Part shown: positions 26,958 to 35,658 of the stretch, in pieces | Layout: each line of letters opens with the position of its first letter | Numbering within the stretch: the first letter of the stretch is position 1 | From: Minisyncoccota bacterium | Lineage (GTDB): Bacteria; Patescibacteriota; Minisyncoccia; UBA9983 | Direction: 5' to 3' | NCBI GenBank assembly: GCA_041648395.1 | Contig: JBAZPC010000002.1 | Coordinates: forward strand, 29,181-93,180 | DNA: 64,000 bases | Notes under the pieces: model-generated | Databases searched by the model: none | Told to the model about the DNA's origin: nothing | Seen by the model: only the letters and a program-made list of their open reading frames with translations | Translations under genes and position numbers: made by a program

Positions 26958-27395
26958 ATGTTAGTATTTGTTCTAATTTTAATATTAATTGCGATACTGT
27001 ATTCAACTGAACGCGGGAGAGAACTTCTCAAAGATGTTTTGTTATTACCCTTTAAAATAATAGGTATCCCTTTTAAATTAATAAGAGAAGGAAAAGATAG
27101 AATTCAAGAAGAAAAATTAGCACAAGAGATACCCAAAGACAAAGAGGAAATTAAAATATTACTTTCAAAAAAACAGATTGAAATGTTAGATGAAATTAGC
27201 CTCGAAATCGGTTGGAAAAACAATAAAGACATAATTATCGAACAAGTAAAATTTTTTGAAAGTATTTTAGAAAGTGGTGCCGACCCAAGAAATCTTAATT
27301 TGACTGAAAACTTTTACTATATTAAAAGTGGTCTTTTTGAGAAAGCAAAAAAAGAATTATTGGATAAGAGTAAAAACTTTATACCAAAAATATAG
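26958..27395 (+). CDS. Hypothetical membrane-anchored protein
   Basis: N-terminal TM, Lys/Glu-rich, AT-rich codon usage. Confidence 0.3.
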   Translation: MLVFVLILILIAILYSTERGRELLKDVLLLPFKIIGIPFKLIREGKDRIQEEKLAQEIPKDKEEIKILLSKKQIEMLDEISLEIGWKNNKDIIIEQVKFFESILESGADPRNLNLTENFYYIKSGLFEKAKKELLDKSKNFIPKI

Positions 27396-27405
27396 AAGAT
27401 AAATC

Positions 27406-27615
27406 TTGAATGTTATGGATTACTCAAAATTAAAAAAACTTGAAGCAGAATACTTGCATCTTTTAAAAGTATCATCTCAAGGGGAAGAAAGAATAAAATT
27501 ATTTGAATCTAAAAGCATACCACTAGAAAAACATGGAGAACATATTGTATTTTTAGAAAACGAAATCATAAAGTTAAAGGAAGAATTATCATCAGAAGGG
27601 ATTATTTACAAATAA
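27406..27615 (+). CDS. Hypothetical coiled-coil small protein
   Basis: 69-aa ORF, 10 bp after the previous one. Confidence 0.25.
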   Translation: MNVMDYSKLKKLEAEYLHLLKVSSQGEERIKLFESKSIPLEKHGEHIVFLENEIIKLKEELSSEGIIYK

Positions 27616-27979
27616 AAAAATGATAAGTCCACAAACAAAAAAGAATATATTGAAGATGATTTGGCTTAATAATTGAAGTCCGTTTTCAGTTTTCAATAAG
27701 GGCCATTTTTATAAGTATCTAATCATATCCTTACGATCGTATGAATATGATTAATTTCAAATTTTCCAAACAACCCAATATAGTATCCCCTATAAAAGGC
27801 GATAGTATCGGTTAGGGGATAGTAGGTAATGATAATGAGATAAAATAAAATGCAGTTTCCTGTGCTACAAAATTAAATAATAAATCCTAAAAATCTATTG
27901 TCCCTATTTTGAGCGATCGCTGATTTTGGAGACAATGTAAAATGCGAAAAAGGCAAGTTCCTGTGCTACAATTAAAAAA

Positions 27980-29542
27980 GTGGAGAAAAAAATAAGTGAA
28001 ATAAAAAAATATAAACCTGTTGCGCTTGTTATCATTGACGGCTTTGGGGTTTCGCCCGATAAAGTTGGTTCGCCGTGGGAAGCGGCGAAGCATCCGGCGT
28101 TTGAAGAGATAGAAAAAAATTTTCCGTTCACTTCTTTGCAAGCGTCGGGTATCGCCGTCGGTTTGCCGTGGGGGAAAGAAGGGAACAGCGAAGTCGGGCA
28201 TCTTACCATCGGCGCGGGAAAAATAATTTACAATTATCTGCCGCGTATTTCCACCGCCATTGAAGACGGAACTTTTTTCACGAACGAGGCGTTCTTGAAA
28301 GCGGTAAAACATGTGCAGGGCAATAGTTCTTCTTTGCATATTCTCGGTCTTTTTTCTTCCGGCACGGTGCACGCTTACGAGGAGCATCTTTACGCGCTTT
28401 TGGAGTTGGCAAAAAGAAACAATTTGCCGAAAGTTTTTCTGCATCTTTTTTCCGACGGCAAGGACGCCTATCTGAAAGAAGGCGCCGTTTATTTTAAAAA
28501 TTTGGAAAAATATCTTGCCGAGCAATATCCGAACGTAAAAATCGCCTCGGTCATAGGCAGAAAATACGCCATGGACAGAGACGGCAATTGGGACAGGACG
28601 GAAAAAGCGTACAAACTTTTTACTGAAGGGGTAGGTGAGCCGTTTAAGTCGGCTTCGTCGTTCATGGAAGAAAATTACAAAAAAGAAATTTTTGACGAAG
28701 CGGTCCCCGCCGCCTTCGCTGAAGCTACGGCGGGCCAAAGCAGAATCAAAAATGGTGACGCCATAATCTTTTTTAACTTCCGTGAAGATAGTGAGAGACA
28801 ATTATCCAGTATGTTTATAAAGAAAGAAGATGTTTTAGTTGTTACCATGACCGAATACGATAAATCGCTTCCCGCCCTCACCGCTTTCAAATCGCTGGAA
28901 ATTGGTTCGCCTTTGGCAAAAATAATTTCGGACGCCGGTTTGTCCCAACTGCACGTGGCGGAGTCGGAAAAATACGCCCACATCACTTATTTCCTCAACG
29001 GGGGAGAGGAAAAGCCATTCAAAGGGGAGGGAAGGGTTTTGGTGCCGTCGCCTCATGTGCCATCTTACAGCCAGGCGCCGGAAATGTCGGCGGAAAAAGT
29101 TTCTGAAGCGATTATCACGGGATTAAATAAATATGATTTTGTCGCCGCCAATTTCGCCAACGCGGATATGGTGGGACACACCGGAGATTTCAAGGCGACA
29201 GTCGCGGCTTTGGAAAAAATTGATTCTTGTATTAGTAAAATTGCCGCAGAAATTTTAAAGCTTGATGGCATCTTAATTATCACCTCTGACCACGGCAACG
29301 CCGAGGAAAAACTTTACAAGATGACGGGGGAGAAAAAAACAAAGCATTCCATCAATCCGGTGCCGTTTTATTTAATAGGGAATGATTTCAAAAAAGAAAT
29401 GATAGCAACGAGCGACGAGATAGATAAAAATTACAAAGATGTGAAAGGCACTCTTTCCGACGTGGCGCCGACAATTTTGGAACTTTTTGGATTAAAAAAA
29501 CCAGCCGAAATGACCGGTAAAAATTTGCTGGAATTATTTTGA
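27980..29542 (+). CDS. gpmI: 2,3-bisphosphoglycerate-independent phosphoglycerate mutase
   Basis: VIIDGFG...[20 protein letters not shown]...TSDHGNAEE iPGM motifs. 520 aa. Confidence 0.9.
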   Translation: MEKKISEIKKYKPVALVIIDGFGVSPDKVGSPWEAAKHPAFEEIEKNFPFTSLQASGIAVGLPWGKEGNSEVGHLTIGAGKIIYNYLPRISTAIEDGTFFTNEAFLKAVKHVQGNSSSLHILGLFSSGTVHAYEEHLYALLELAKRNNLPKVFLHLFSDGKDAYLKEGAVYFKNLEKYLAEQYPNVKIASVIGRKYAMDRDGNWDRTEKAYKLFTEGVGEPFKSASSFMEENYKKEIFDEAVPAAFAEATAGQSRIKNGDAIIFFNFREDSERQLSSMFIKKEDVLVVTMTEYDKSLPALTAFKSLEIGSPLAKIISDAGLSQLHVAESEKYAHITYFLNGGEEKPFKGEGRVLVPSPHVPSYSQAPEMSAEKVSEAIITGLNKYDFVAANFANADMVGHTGDFKATVAALEKIDSCISKIAAEILKLDGILIITSDHGNAEEKLYKMTGEKKTKHSINPVPFYLIGNDFKKEMIATSDEIDKNYKDVKGTLSDVAPTILELFGLKKPAEMTGKNLLELF

Positions 29543-30124
29543 GCCGTTTTTGGTTTTGAGCACGGCGTCAATGATGCCGTATTTTTTCGCCTCGTCGGGA
29601 TCCATAAAAAAATTGCGGTCGGTGTCTTTGGAAATTTTTCCCACCGACTGGCCGGTGTGCTTGGCAATAATTTGATTGAGGCGGTCTTTTGTTTTTATGA
29701 TATGGCGGGCCTCAATATCAACATCAATCGCCTGTCCCTCGGCCCCGCCCATCACTTGATGGAGTAAAATCTCGGAATTTGGCAAAGCAAATCTTTTTCC
29801 TTTCTGCCCCGCGGCCAAAAGCACCGCCCCCATGGAGGCCGCGATTCCCACGCAAATAGTGGAAACATCAGCCTTAATGTGATTCATTGTGTCGTAAACG
29901 GCTAATCCGGCAGTGACCGAACCGCCCGGAGAATTTACATAAAGATAAATATCTTTCTTCGGGTCCTCTTTTTCCAAAAACAAAAGCTGGGCGATTACCG
30001 AGTTTGCCACGCCGTCGGTAATGGGGCCGGCAAGAAAAATAATCCTGTCTTTCAAAAGGCGGGAGTAGATGTCGTAGGCGCGTTCGCCATATTGTGATTT
30101 TTCTATAACTGTTGGAATTAACAT
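29534..30124 (-). CDS. clpP: ATP-dependent Clp protease proteolytic subunit
   Basis: [18 protein letters not shown]...[18 protein letters not shown]...GIAASMGA (Ser-His-Asp triad context). Confidence 0.95.
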   Translation of the reverse strand: MLIPTVIEKSQYGERAYDIYSRLLKDRIIFLAGPITDGVANSVIAQLLFLEKEDPKKDIYLYVNSPGGSVTAGLAVYDTMNHIKADVSTICVGIAASMGAVLLAAGQKGKRFALPNSEILLHQVMGGAEGQAIDVDIEARHIIKTKDRLNQIIAKHTGQSVGKISKDTDRNFFMDPDEAKKYGIIDAVLKTKNGSK

Positions 30125-30831
30125 GATTCTAAAAGTTTAAAGACCTTTTCATTCATTAATATGCCATAAGCATAGTCCTTAGCCCGACCTTCGTCAATTC
30201 CGATGAGCTCTTCTTCTGAAGCTCCCAGCTTTTCGCTTTTCGCGATCTCTCCCAAAATCATGCTGAATTTTATTCTCTTTTCGGCGTTATTTTCGTCGCC
30301 GTTTTTCTTTTCCGCTTCCAAAATTATTTTTGGGATATCTATTTTTGTCGCATCCGCTATTTTTTCCAAAATTTCAACCCTTCTTTTCCCTAGCGCTTTT
30401 ATTTTTTCTTCCTCCGAACCCAATTTATCTTCTTTTGCTTTTTCGATTTTAGAAGCGATGTTTTTGTAATCAGGAAGCTGAATTTCCGGCATAACCGCCG
30501 TTTTTATTTTAAAGCCAAGGGGATTGTTTTTGGCAATTTTTGTGATGCTGATTTGCGGATGGCCGATGGCAAAAATCTTATTTTCTTCAAGAATTTTTTG
30601 GTATTCTTTTTGGAGCGCGATTTCCGCCATTGTTTCCAAAACAGCGCTTTCACCGACTTTCTCAATCAAAACTTTTTCCGGCGCGTTGCCCGGCCTGAAC
30701 CCGTCTATTTTTATTTCCTCCGACATTTCTTTCACCGCCTCGCTCCGAAAACTTTCAAAAATATCGGCTTCTATCTCGCCGGCAATTTCCATCTCCGATC
30801 CGGGAAGTTTTTTTATTTCTAAATTAGTCAT
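30118..30831 (-). CDS. tig: Trigger factor (shortened form)
   Basis: N-terminal ribosome-binding-domain-like sequence and the tig-clpP gene order. Only 237 aa, so a reduced version. Confidence 0.55.
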   Translation of the reverse strand: MTNLEIKKLPGSEMEIAGEIEADIFESFRSEAVKEMSEEIKIDGFRPGNAPEKVLIEKVGESAVLETMAEIALQKEYQKILEENKIFAIGHPQISITKIAKNNPLGFKIKTAVMPEIQLPDYKNIASKIEKAKEDKLGSEEEKIKALGKRRVEILEKIADATKIDIPKIILEAEKKNGDENNAEKRIKFSMILGEIAKSEKLGASEEELIGIDEGRAKDYAYGILMNEKVFKLLESC

Positions 30832-30838
30832 CTGTTTT

Positions 30839-31303
30839 TTATTGTAGAAATTTTATAACCACGCGCCTGTTCGGATCTTCACCTGTGCTTTCCGTGGCGA
30901 TGTCCGGGTATTCGGTCAAAACCGCGTGAACAATTCTTCTGTCGTAGGCGCTCATCGGCTCCATCTCCAGCTCTTTCTTGAAATATCTCACTCTTTGGGC
31001 GCTCATTTTGGCCAGATTTTTTATCTCTTCAATTTTTTTTGCCTGATAATCGTTCACGTCCAGAAAAAACTGGATTTTTTCCAGCTCGTTTTTTTTAAGT
31101 TCGTTCTCGGTAATTTTTTTTAATAGATGGCTTAGCGCTGTCAGATTGTGGCCGTTTTCTCCTATCAATATTCCCGCCTCTCTGGTTCTAATAATAAACT
31201 GCGGACACTCGCTGCTCTCTATTATTTCCACTTCTCCTTGAACTGTCATTTTGTCCAAAAATTCCTCAATCAGCGATTTTATTATTTGTTTCTGTTTTTC
31301 CAT
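30839..31303 (-). CDS. jag: Jag/KhpB-like RNA-binding protein (KH + R3H)
   Basis: C-terminal R3H motif (YDRRIVHAVLTEYPDIATESTGEDPNRRVVI). The yidC-jag order is conserved. Confidence 0.75.
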   Translation of the reverse strand: MEKQKQIIKSLIEEFLDKMTVQGEVEIIESSECPQFIIRTREAGILIGENGHNLTALSHLLKKITENELKKNELEKIQFFLDVNDYQAKKIEEIKNLAKMSAQRVRYFKKELEMEPMSAYDRRIVHAVLTEYPDIATESTGEDPNRRVVIKFLQ

Positions 31304-32036
31304 TGTTTTTTTGCATAATTTTATCGGCTTTTTTTCTCACGATGAATTCATGAATTATAGCGAATGTGTTCATGGTTGTCCAATAAACGGCGATGCCACC
31401 GGAAAGACGGGAGACGATAAAAAAAATGAGAACTGGCATCACATACCTCATCTGAATATTCATATTTCTGGCAAGGTCGTCTTTGAAAGAACTTTTGGCG
31501 CCGGTGTTCAATTTTTTTATCGGCGGGAGAGCCAGTTGCATTTGAATAAATTGGGTAGCGGCGGTGATGAAGCCCAAGATGTAACTTTTTTGGGTTAAAT
31601 CAAAAAGTCCGAGAAAATTTATATTAAAAACCTGCGGGATTTGTAAAAAAGAATAAATATGAGCCGGGTCAAAATGCACGCCAGCGATGAAAACTTTATA
31701 TAAAGCGAAAATAATAGGAATTTGAATTAAGAGCGTGACAAAACCGGAAAAAGGATTGACCCCATGCTGGCGGTAAAGTTCCATGGTTTTCTTGGCTTGC
31801 TCTTGGTTGTCTTTTTTATATTTCTCTTTTATGTCCTTGAGCGCCGGCTCCAGTTGTTTTATTTTTTGCTGGGTGATAATGGCGCGATGGTTGAGAGGAA
31901 AAATAATAAGGCGGACGATTATAGTTAGAATAATAATAGCGAGACCAACATCATGAAAGGGCAGGATGTTTATCAAAAAAACAAGCCCGTTTAAAAACGG
32001 CTCAAAAAAAGCGGCATTAAAGGCGGAAGAAATCAT
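31266..32036 (-). CDS. yidC: Membrane protein insertase YidC/Oxa1 family
   Basis: Five TM core with conserved ...RYVMPVLIFFIVSRLSGGIAVYWTT. Confidence 0.85.
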   Translation of the reverse strand: MISSAFNAAFFEPFLNGLVFLINILPFHDVGLAIIILTIIVRLIIFPLNHRAIITQQKIKQLEPALKDIKEKYKKDNQEQAKKTMELYRQHGVNPFSGFVTLLIQIPIIFALYKVFIAGVHFDPAHIYSFLQIPQVFNINFLGLFDLTQKSYILGFITAATQFIQMQLALPPIKKLNTGAKSSFKDDLARNMNIQMRYVMPVLIFFIVSRLSGGIAVYWTTMNTFAIIHEFIVRKKADKIMQKNNGKTETNNKIAD

Positions 32037-32045
32037 TGTTATATT

Positions 32046-32381
32046 CTAGATAATATTTGCTTTTCTGGAAACCCCCAGAATTTCTTTTTCTAGCTCTTTT
32101 GATTTTAATTTTTCGCTTCCGGGTTTAAAAAAATAGACGGCCGTCGCGCCGGAAACAAAAAGGCCGATGTTTTTCCATACAATATGCCTGGCGCGACGCT
32201 TGATGGTATTTCTTTTAACCGCGCTTTTGGCTGTTTTTTTTGACACAACAAAGGAAAAGGTTGGGTTGTTGTCCTTAGTGTGGATTACTTTTAGATAAAC
32301 GGCTTGGGAGTCGAATCGTTTTCCAAATTTTAAGACCTTTTTTAAAATATCTTTATTTAATCTGTGTTTTTTAGGAAGCAT
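32046..32381 (-). CDS. rnpA: Ribonuclease P protein component
   Basis: 111 aa. MLPKKHRLNKDILKKV...AVKRNTIKRRARHIV matches the RnpA basic motif. It sits next to yidC and is divergent from dnaA. Confidence 0.8.
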   Translation of the reverse strand: MLPKKHRLNKDILKKVLKFGKRFDSQAVYLKVIHTKDNNPTFSFVVSKKTAKSAVKRNTIKRRARHIVWKNIGLFVSGATAVYFFKPGSEKLKSKELEKEILGVSRKANII

Positions 32382-32483
32382 TTTTGTTAATTAAATCATA
32401 CAATAAAAAAGCAAAAGAACAATCTTCACAACTCATCCACGGGATATTAACATATTGGCATGTTTTCACTCTGGCTTTGAAGG

Positions 32484-32510
32484 TTGATGAAAACAAAGAG
32501 CAAGTATAAT
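32484..32510 (+). promoter_or_regulatory. Candidate dnaA promoter TTGATG-N15-TATAAT
   Basis: ttgatgaaaacaaagagcaagtataat ends 8 bp before the dnaA ATG, so the leader is short or absent. Confidence 0.4.
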
Positions 32511-32518
32511 TAATTTTA

Positions 32519-33889
32519 ATGGTTATGGATTTTGATAAACTTTGGAAAGACGCTTTGGTGGAGATAGAGCTCGGTGTTTCAAGGGCCAGTTTTATTACTT
32601 GGTTCAAAAATACCAATATCGCCGGCGAAGAAAACGGGGTGCTCTTCGTAAACGTCCCCAATACCTTCGTTAAAGAATGGCTTTCCGGCAAATATCATAA
32701 ATTTATTTTAAGGGCCGTCCATAATATTCATCCTCATATCAAGAATATAGAATATTTAATATCATCCGTCTCTTCCGCTTTGCCAAAAAATTCAATGGCT
32801 CCGAAAGCTATGCCCGTTCAACAGGAAGAGCAACTTGGTTTTAATGAATTTTATATAGACAAGGAGGCGAATCTTAATCCGAAATATACTTTTGATTCTT
32901 TTATCGTCGGCTCTTTCAATGAAGTGGCGCATGCCGCCGCGACGGCGGTGACAAAAAATCCCGGTTCTGTTTATAATCCTCTTTTTATTTATGGCGGAAC
33001 CGGCTTGGGAAAAACCCACCTTCTTCAGGCGATCGGCAATAAAATGAAAGAACAAAACCAAAGCGCCAAGGTGCATTATATGACATCGGAAAAATTCGCC
33101 TCGGAGTTCATTAATTCCGTTCAAAATAAAACCGTCTATGATTTTAAAGAGAAGTATAGAAAATATAATCTTTTAATAATAGACGATATTCAGTTTTTTT
33201 CGGACAAGCTGAAAATCCAAGAGGAATTTTTTCATATCTTCAACACCCTTTATGAAAGAAACAACCAGATTGTTTTTTCCTCAGATCGGTCGCCCAAGCA
33301 TATTGTCGGGCTTGAAGAGCGCTTGAGGTCGAGGTTTGAAGGAGGAATGATGGTTGATATTTCAAAACCAGAATATGAATCACGTTTGGCGATTTTAAAA
33401 ACAAAAGTTGAAACAAAAGGATTTCCTTTGGACCAGGAGATTATGGAATTTATCGCCGCCAACGTGGAAGATAATATTAGGGAACTGGAAGGCGCTCTTA
33501 ATTCTATTGTTGGCCAATCAAAAATAAAAGGAAAAATTCTTTCTGTTAACGAAATAAAAGAAATATTAAAGAAAAACGCAAAACCACAGAAAACCGTCAC
33601 TTTTTCTGATATTATTAGGGTTATCGCTCAATTTTACGAAATAAACGAAAAAACTATGTTTGAAAAAACAAGGAAGAAAGAGATAGTTAAACCAAGACAA
33701 GTGGCAATGTTTTTATTAAGGGAGGATTTAAATACTTCTTATCCTTTTATCGGCCAAAAATTCGGCCAAAGAGACCATACTACTGTTATTCATGCTTACA
33801 AAAAAATAAGTGGGTTAATAAAAAAAGATGAAAAATTAAATAATGAAATTAATAATATTAGGGGGATATTATATGGAAAAGATGTGTAA
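32519..33889 (+). CDS. dnaA: Chromosomal replication initiator protein DnaA
   Basis: AAA+ Walker A GGTGLGKTHLLQAIGN, sensor motifs, and C-terminal DNA-binding domain (VAMFLLREDLN...FGQRDHTTVIHA). Confidence 0.95.
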   Translation: MVMDFDKLWKDALVEIELGVSRASFITWFKNTNIAGEENGVLFVNVPNTFVKEWLSGKYHKFILRAVHNIHPHIKNIEYLISSVSSALPKNSMAPKAMPVQQEEQLGFNEFYIDKEANLNPKYTFDSFIVGSFNEVAHAAATAVTKNPGSVYNPLFIYGGTGLGKTHLLQAIGNKMKEQNQSAKVHYMTSEKFASEFINSVQNKTVYDFKEKYRKYNLLIIDDIQFFSDKLKIQEEFFHIFNTLYERNNQIVFSSDRSPKHIVGLEERLRSRFEGGMMVDISKPEYESRLAILKTKVETKGFPLDQEIMEFIAANVEDNIRELEGALNSIVGQSKIKGKILSVNEIKEILKKNAKPQKTVTFSDIIRVIAQFYEINEKTMFEKTRKKEIVKPRQVAMFLLREDLNTSYPFIGQKFGQRDHTTVIHAYKKISGLIKKDEKLNNEINNIRGILYGKDV

Positions 33890-34044
33890 AAAAATAATAA
33901 GATGTAGTTTTTATAAAATTTTTATTAACATCTTATTAAATTAAAATAATAATTAAAATAATAATTAAAATAATTTATTAACATATCCACACACTAATAA
34001 TAAATAATAAAATATAAATTTATAAATAATATATTATTAAAACT
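33890..34044. promoter_or_regulatory. Candidate oriC: AT-rich dnaA-dnaN spacer with DnaA-box-like ATATCCACA and three tandem 12-mers
   Basis: 155 bp that is more than 90% AT. A DnaA box (8/9 match to TTATCCACA) lies at 33983-33991. (aataattaaaat)x3 tandem at about 33945-33985 looks DUE-like. A perfect TTATCCACA also lies just after dnaN at 35154-35162. Confidence 0.5.
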
Positions 34045-35148
34045 ATGAAAACTATTTGTTTAAAAAACCATCTTAAAGAAGCTATATATTTATGTGAGAA
34101 AATCACAGGTAAAAATTTAAGTTTACCGATTTTGAGTAATATTCTTATTTCCACTGAAGATAGAAATTTAAAACTTACCGCCACAAATTTGGAAATTGGA
34201 ATAGAAGTTGAAATTCCAGCTAAAATAGAAAAAAAAGGGAAAGTGGCCGTACTGGCGAATATTTTTTCTAGTTTTATTTCTAATATCTCTAATGAAGAAA
34301 ATATAACTCTTGAATCGCAAAATAATAATCTTTTAGTTTCCATACTAAACAGCTCAACTTTAATAAAAGGGCAAAAGCCGGATGATTTTCCGATTCTTCC
34401 AAAGACGAATGAAAAAAGAGAAGTTGAAATTCCAGTCGAAGATTTTATTAAAGGACTCAAGTCGGTTAGCTACGCCGTTTCATTTTCAAATATTAAACCA
34501 GAGATATCGTCGGTTTTTATTTATTCCGGGAAAAATACGCCGCTGACTTTTGTCGCCACTGACTCATTTAGGTTGGCGGAGAAAAAATTCAAATATTCTT
34601 TCCCTGATTTTAAGGGTGTGCTTGTGCCTCAAAGGAGCGTGAGTGAAATTATGAGAATTTTTGACGGAAGAAAAGGAAAGGTTAAATTAATTTTCGATAG
34701 AAACCAAATTTTTGTCGTTCTGGATAATATAAAATTTATTTCCCGGCTCACTGAAGGAGTTTTTCCTGACTATCAGCAAATAATACCGAAAAAATTCACT
34801 ACGGACGTGGTTACGGACAAAAATCTTTTTATCGGCAGTTTAAAAACCGCTTCTGTTTTTTCAAACAAACTTAATGAACTTAACATGGCGGTAAACTCAA
34901 AGAACGGATCGGTTTCAATAAAAACATCAAACACGGAGGCAGGCGAGCATACAGCAAACATTCCGGCCAAGGTAACGGGCGAAGAACTAAAAATGACTTT
35001 CAATCACAAATATATTTACGATTGTCTTCCGCACATTGATTCGGAAAAAATTCTTTTGCGTTTTTCCGGCGAAGGAAAGCCTCTTATCATCACGGGTACC
35101 GACGACAATTCTTTCCAATACATCGCGATGCCAATGAATATGATGTAA
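34045..35148 (+). CDS. dnaN: DNA polymerase III beta sliding clamp
   Basis: 367 aa with a three-domain beta-clamp pattern, adjacent to dnaA. Confidence 0.9.
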   Translation: MKTICLKNHLKEAIYLCEKITGKNLSLPILSNILISTEDRNLKLTATNLEIGIEVEIPAKIEKKGKVAVLANIFSSFISNISNEENITLESQNNNLLVSILNSSTLIKGQKPDDFPILPKTNEKREVEIPVEDFIKGLKSVSYAVSFSNIKPEISSVFIYSGKNTPLTFVATDSFRLAEKKFKYSFPDFKGVLVPQRSVSEIMRIFDGRKGKVKLIFDRNQIFVVLDNIKFISRLTEGVFPDYQQIIPKKFTTDVVTDKNLFIGSLKTASVFSNKLNELNMAVNSKNGSVSIKTSNTEAGEHTANIPAKVTGEELKMTFNHKYIYDCLPHIDSEKILLRFSGEGKPLIITGTDDNSFQYIAMPMNMM

Positions 35149-35327
35149 AAAAGTTATCCACACCTTTGTTATGAAAGCGCTTAATTTCTATTGCGCAAAC
35201 TTTTCATACGCGGGATAATTAAATTAATATTAAAATAGAGTTATGGTCGACTCTGTTTCTGCTTAAAAAAAATAAAATGGCAAAGAAAAAGAAAGCGAAG
35301 AAAGGAAAGAAGAAATAATTTCTCTCT

Positions 35328-35365
35328 TCAAAAAACAAATCCCGGCATTATGCCGGGATTTGTTT
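35328..35365 (+). terminator. Hairpin aaacaaatcccggcattatgccgggatttgtttttt
   Basis: Perfect 12-bp stem plus T-run, downstream of the mini-ORF MAKKKKAKKGKKK (35277-35318). Confidence 0.6.
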
Positions 35366-35382
35366 TTTGGTATAATTAATTT

Positions 35383-35658
35383 ATGGCATGGAGCAGGGCA
35401 TCAAATTTTTTGGAAAAATTCAAAAATTTAAAGCCGCCTAAAAAATTTACTCAAGACGAAACAATTAAGATAATTAACGATATTTTGGGTATTTCCCTGA
35501 AAGACGGCGACATAGAGCAGAAAGGAATGGCTCTTTTTATAAAATCAAAAAACCCGGCGATGAAAAGCGAAATTTTTTTAAGAAAAAACAAAATTCTTGA
35601 AGATTTAAGCAAAAAACTCGGCCATAAGGCGCCGAAAGATATCAGGTTCAGTAATTAA
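35383..35658 (+). CDS. DUF721/DciA-like small protein (tentative)
   Basis: 91 aa positioned after dnaN, as yaaA/DciA-like genes often are. Sequence similarity is weak. Confidence 0.3.
   Translation: MAWSRASNFLEKFKNLKPPKKFTQDETIKIINDILGISLKDGDIEQKGMALFIKSKNPAMKSEIFLRKNKILEDLSKKLGHKAPKDIRFSN

Noticed and set aside
32371-32691. 106-aa minus-strand ORF spanning the rnpA-dnaA intergenic region and the dnaA start.
   Set aside because: It overlaps the dnaA start and promoter and has no motif. I looked for rpmH (L34) here and found no L34-like reading frame.
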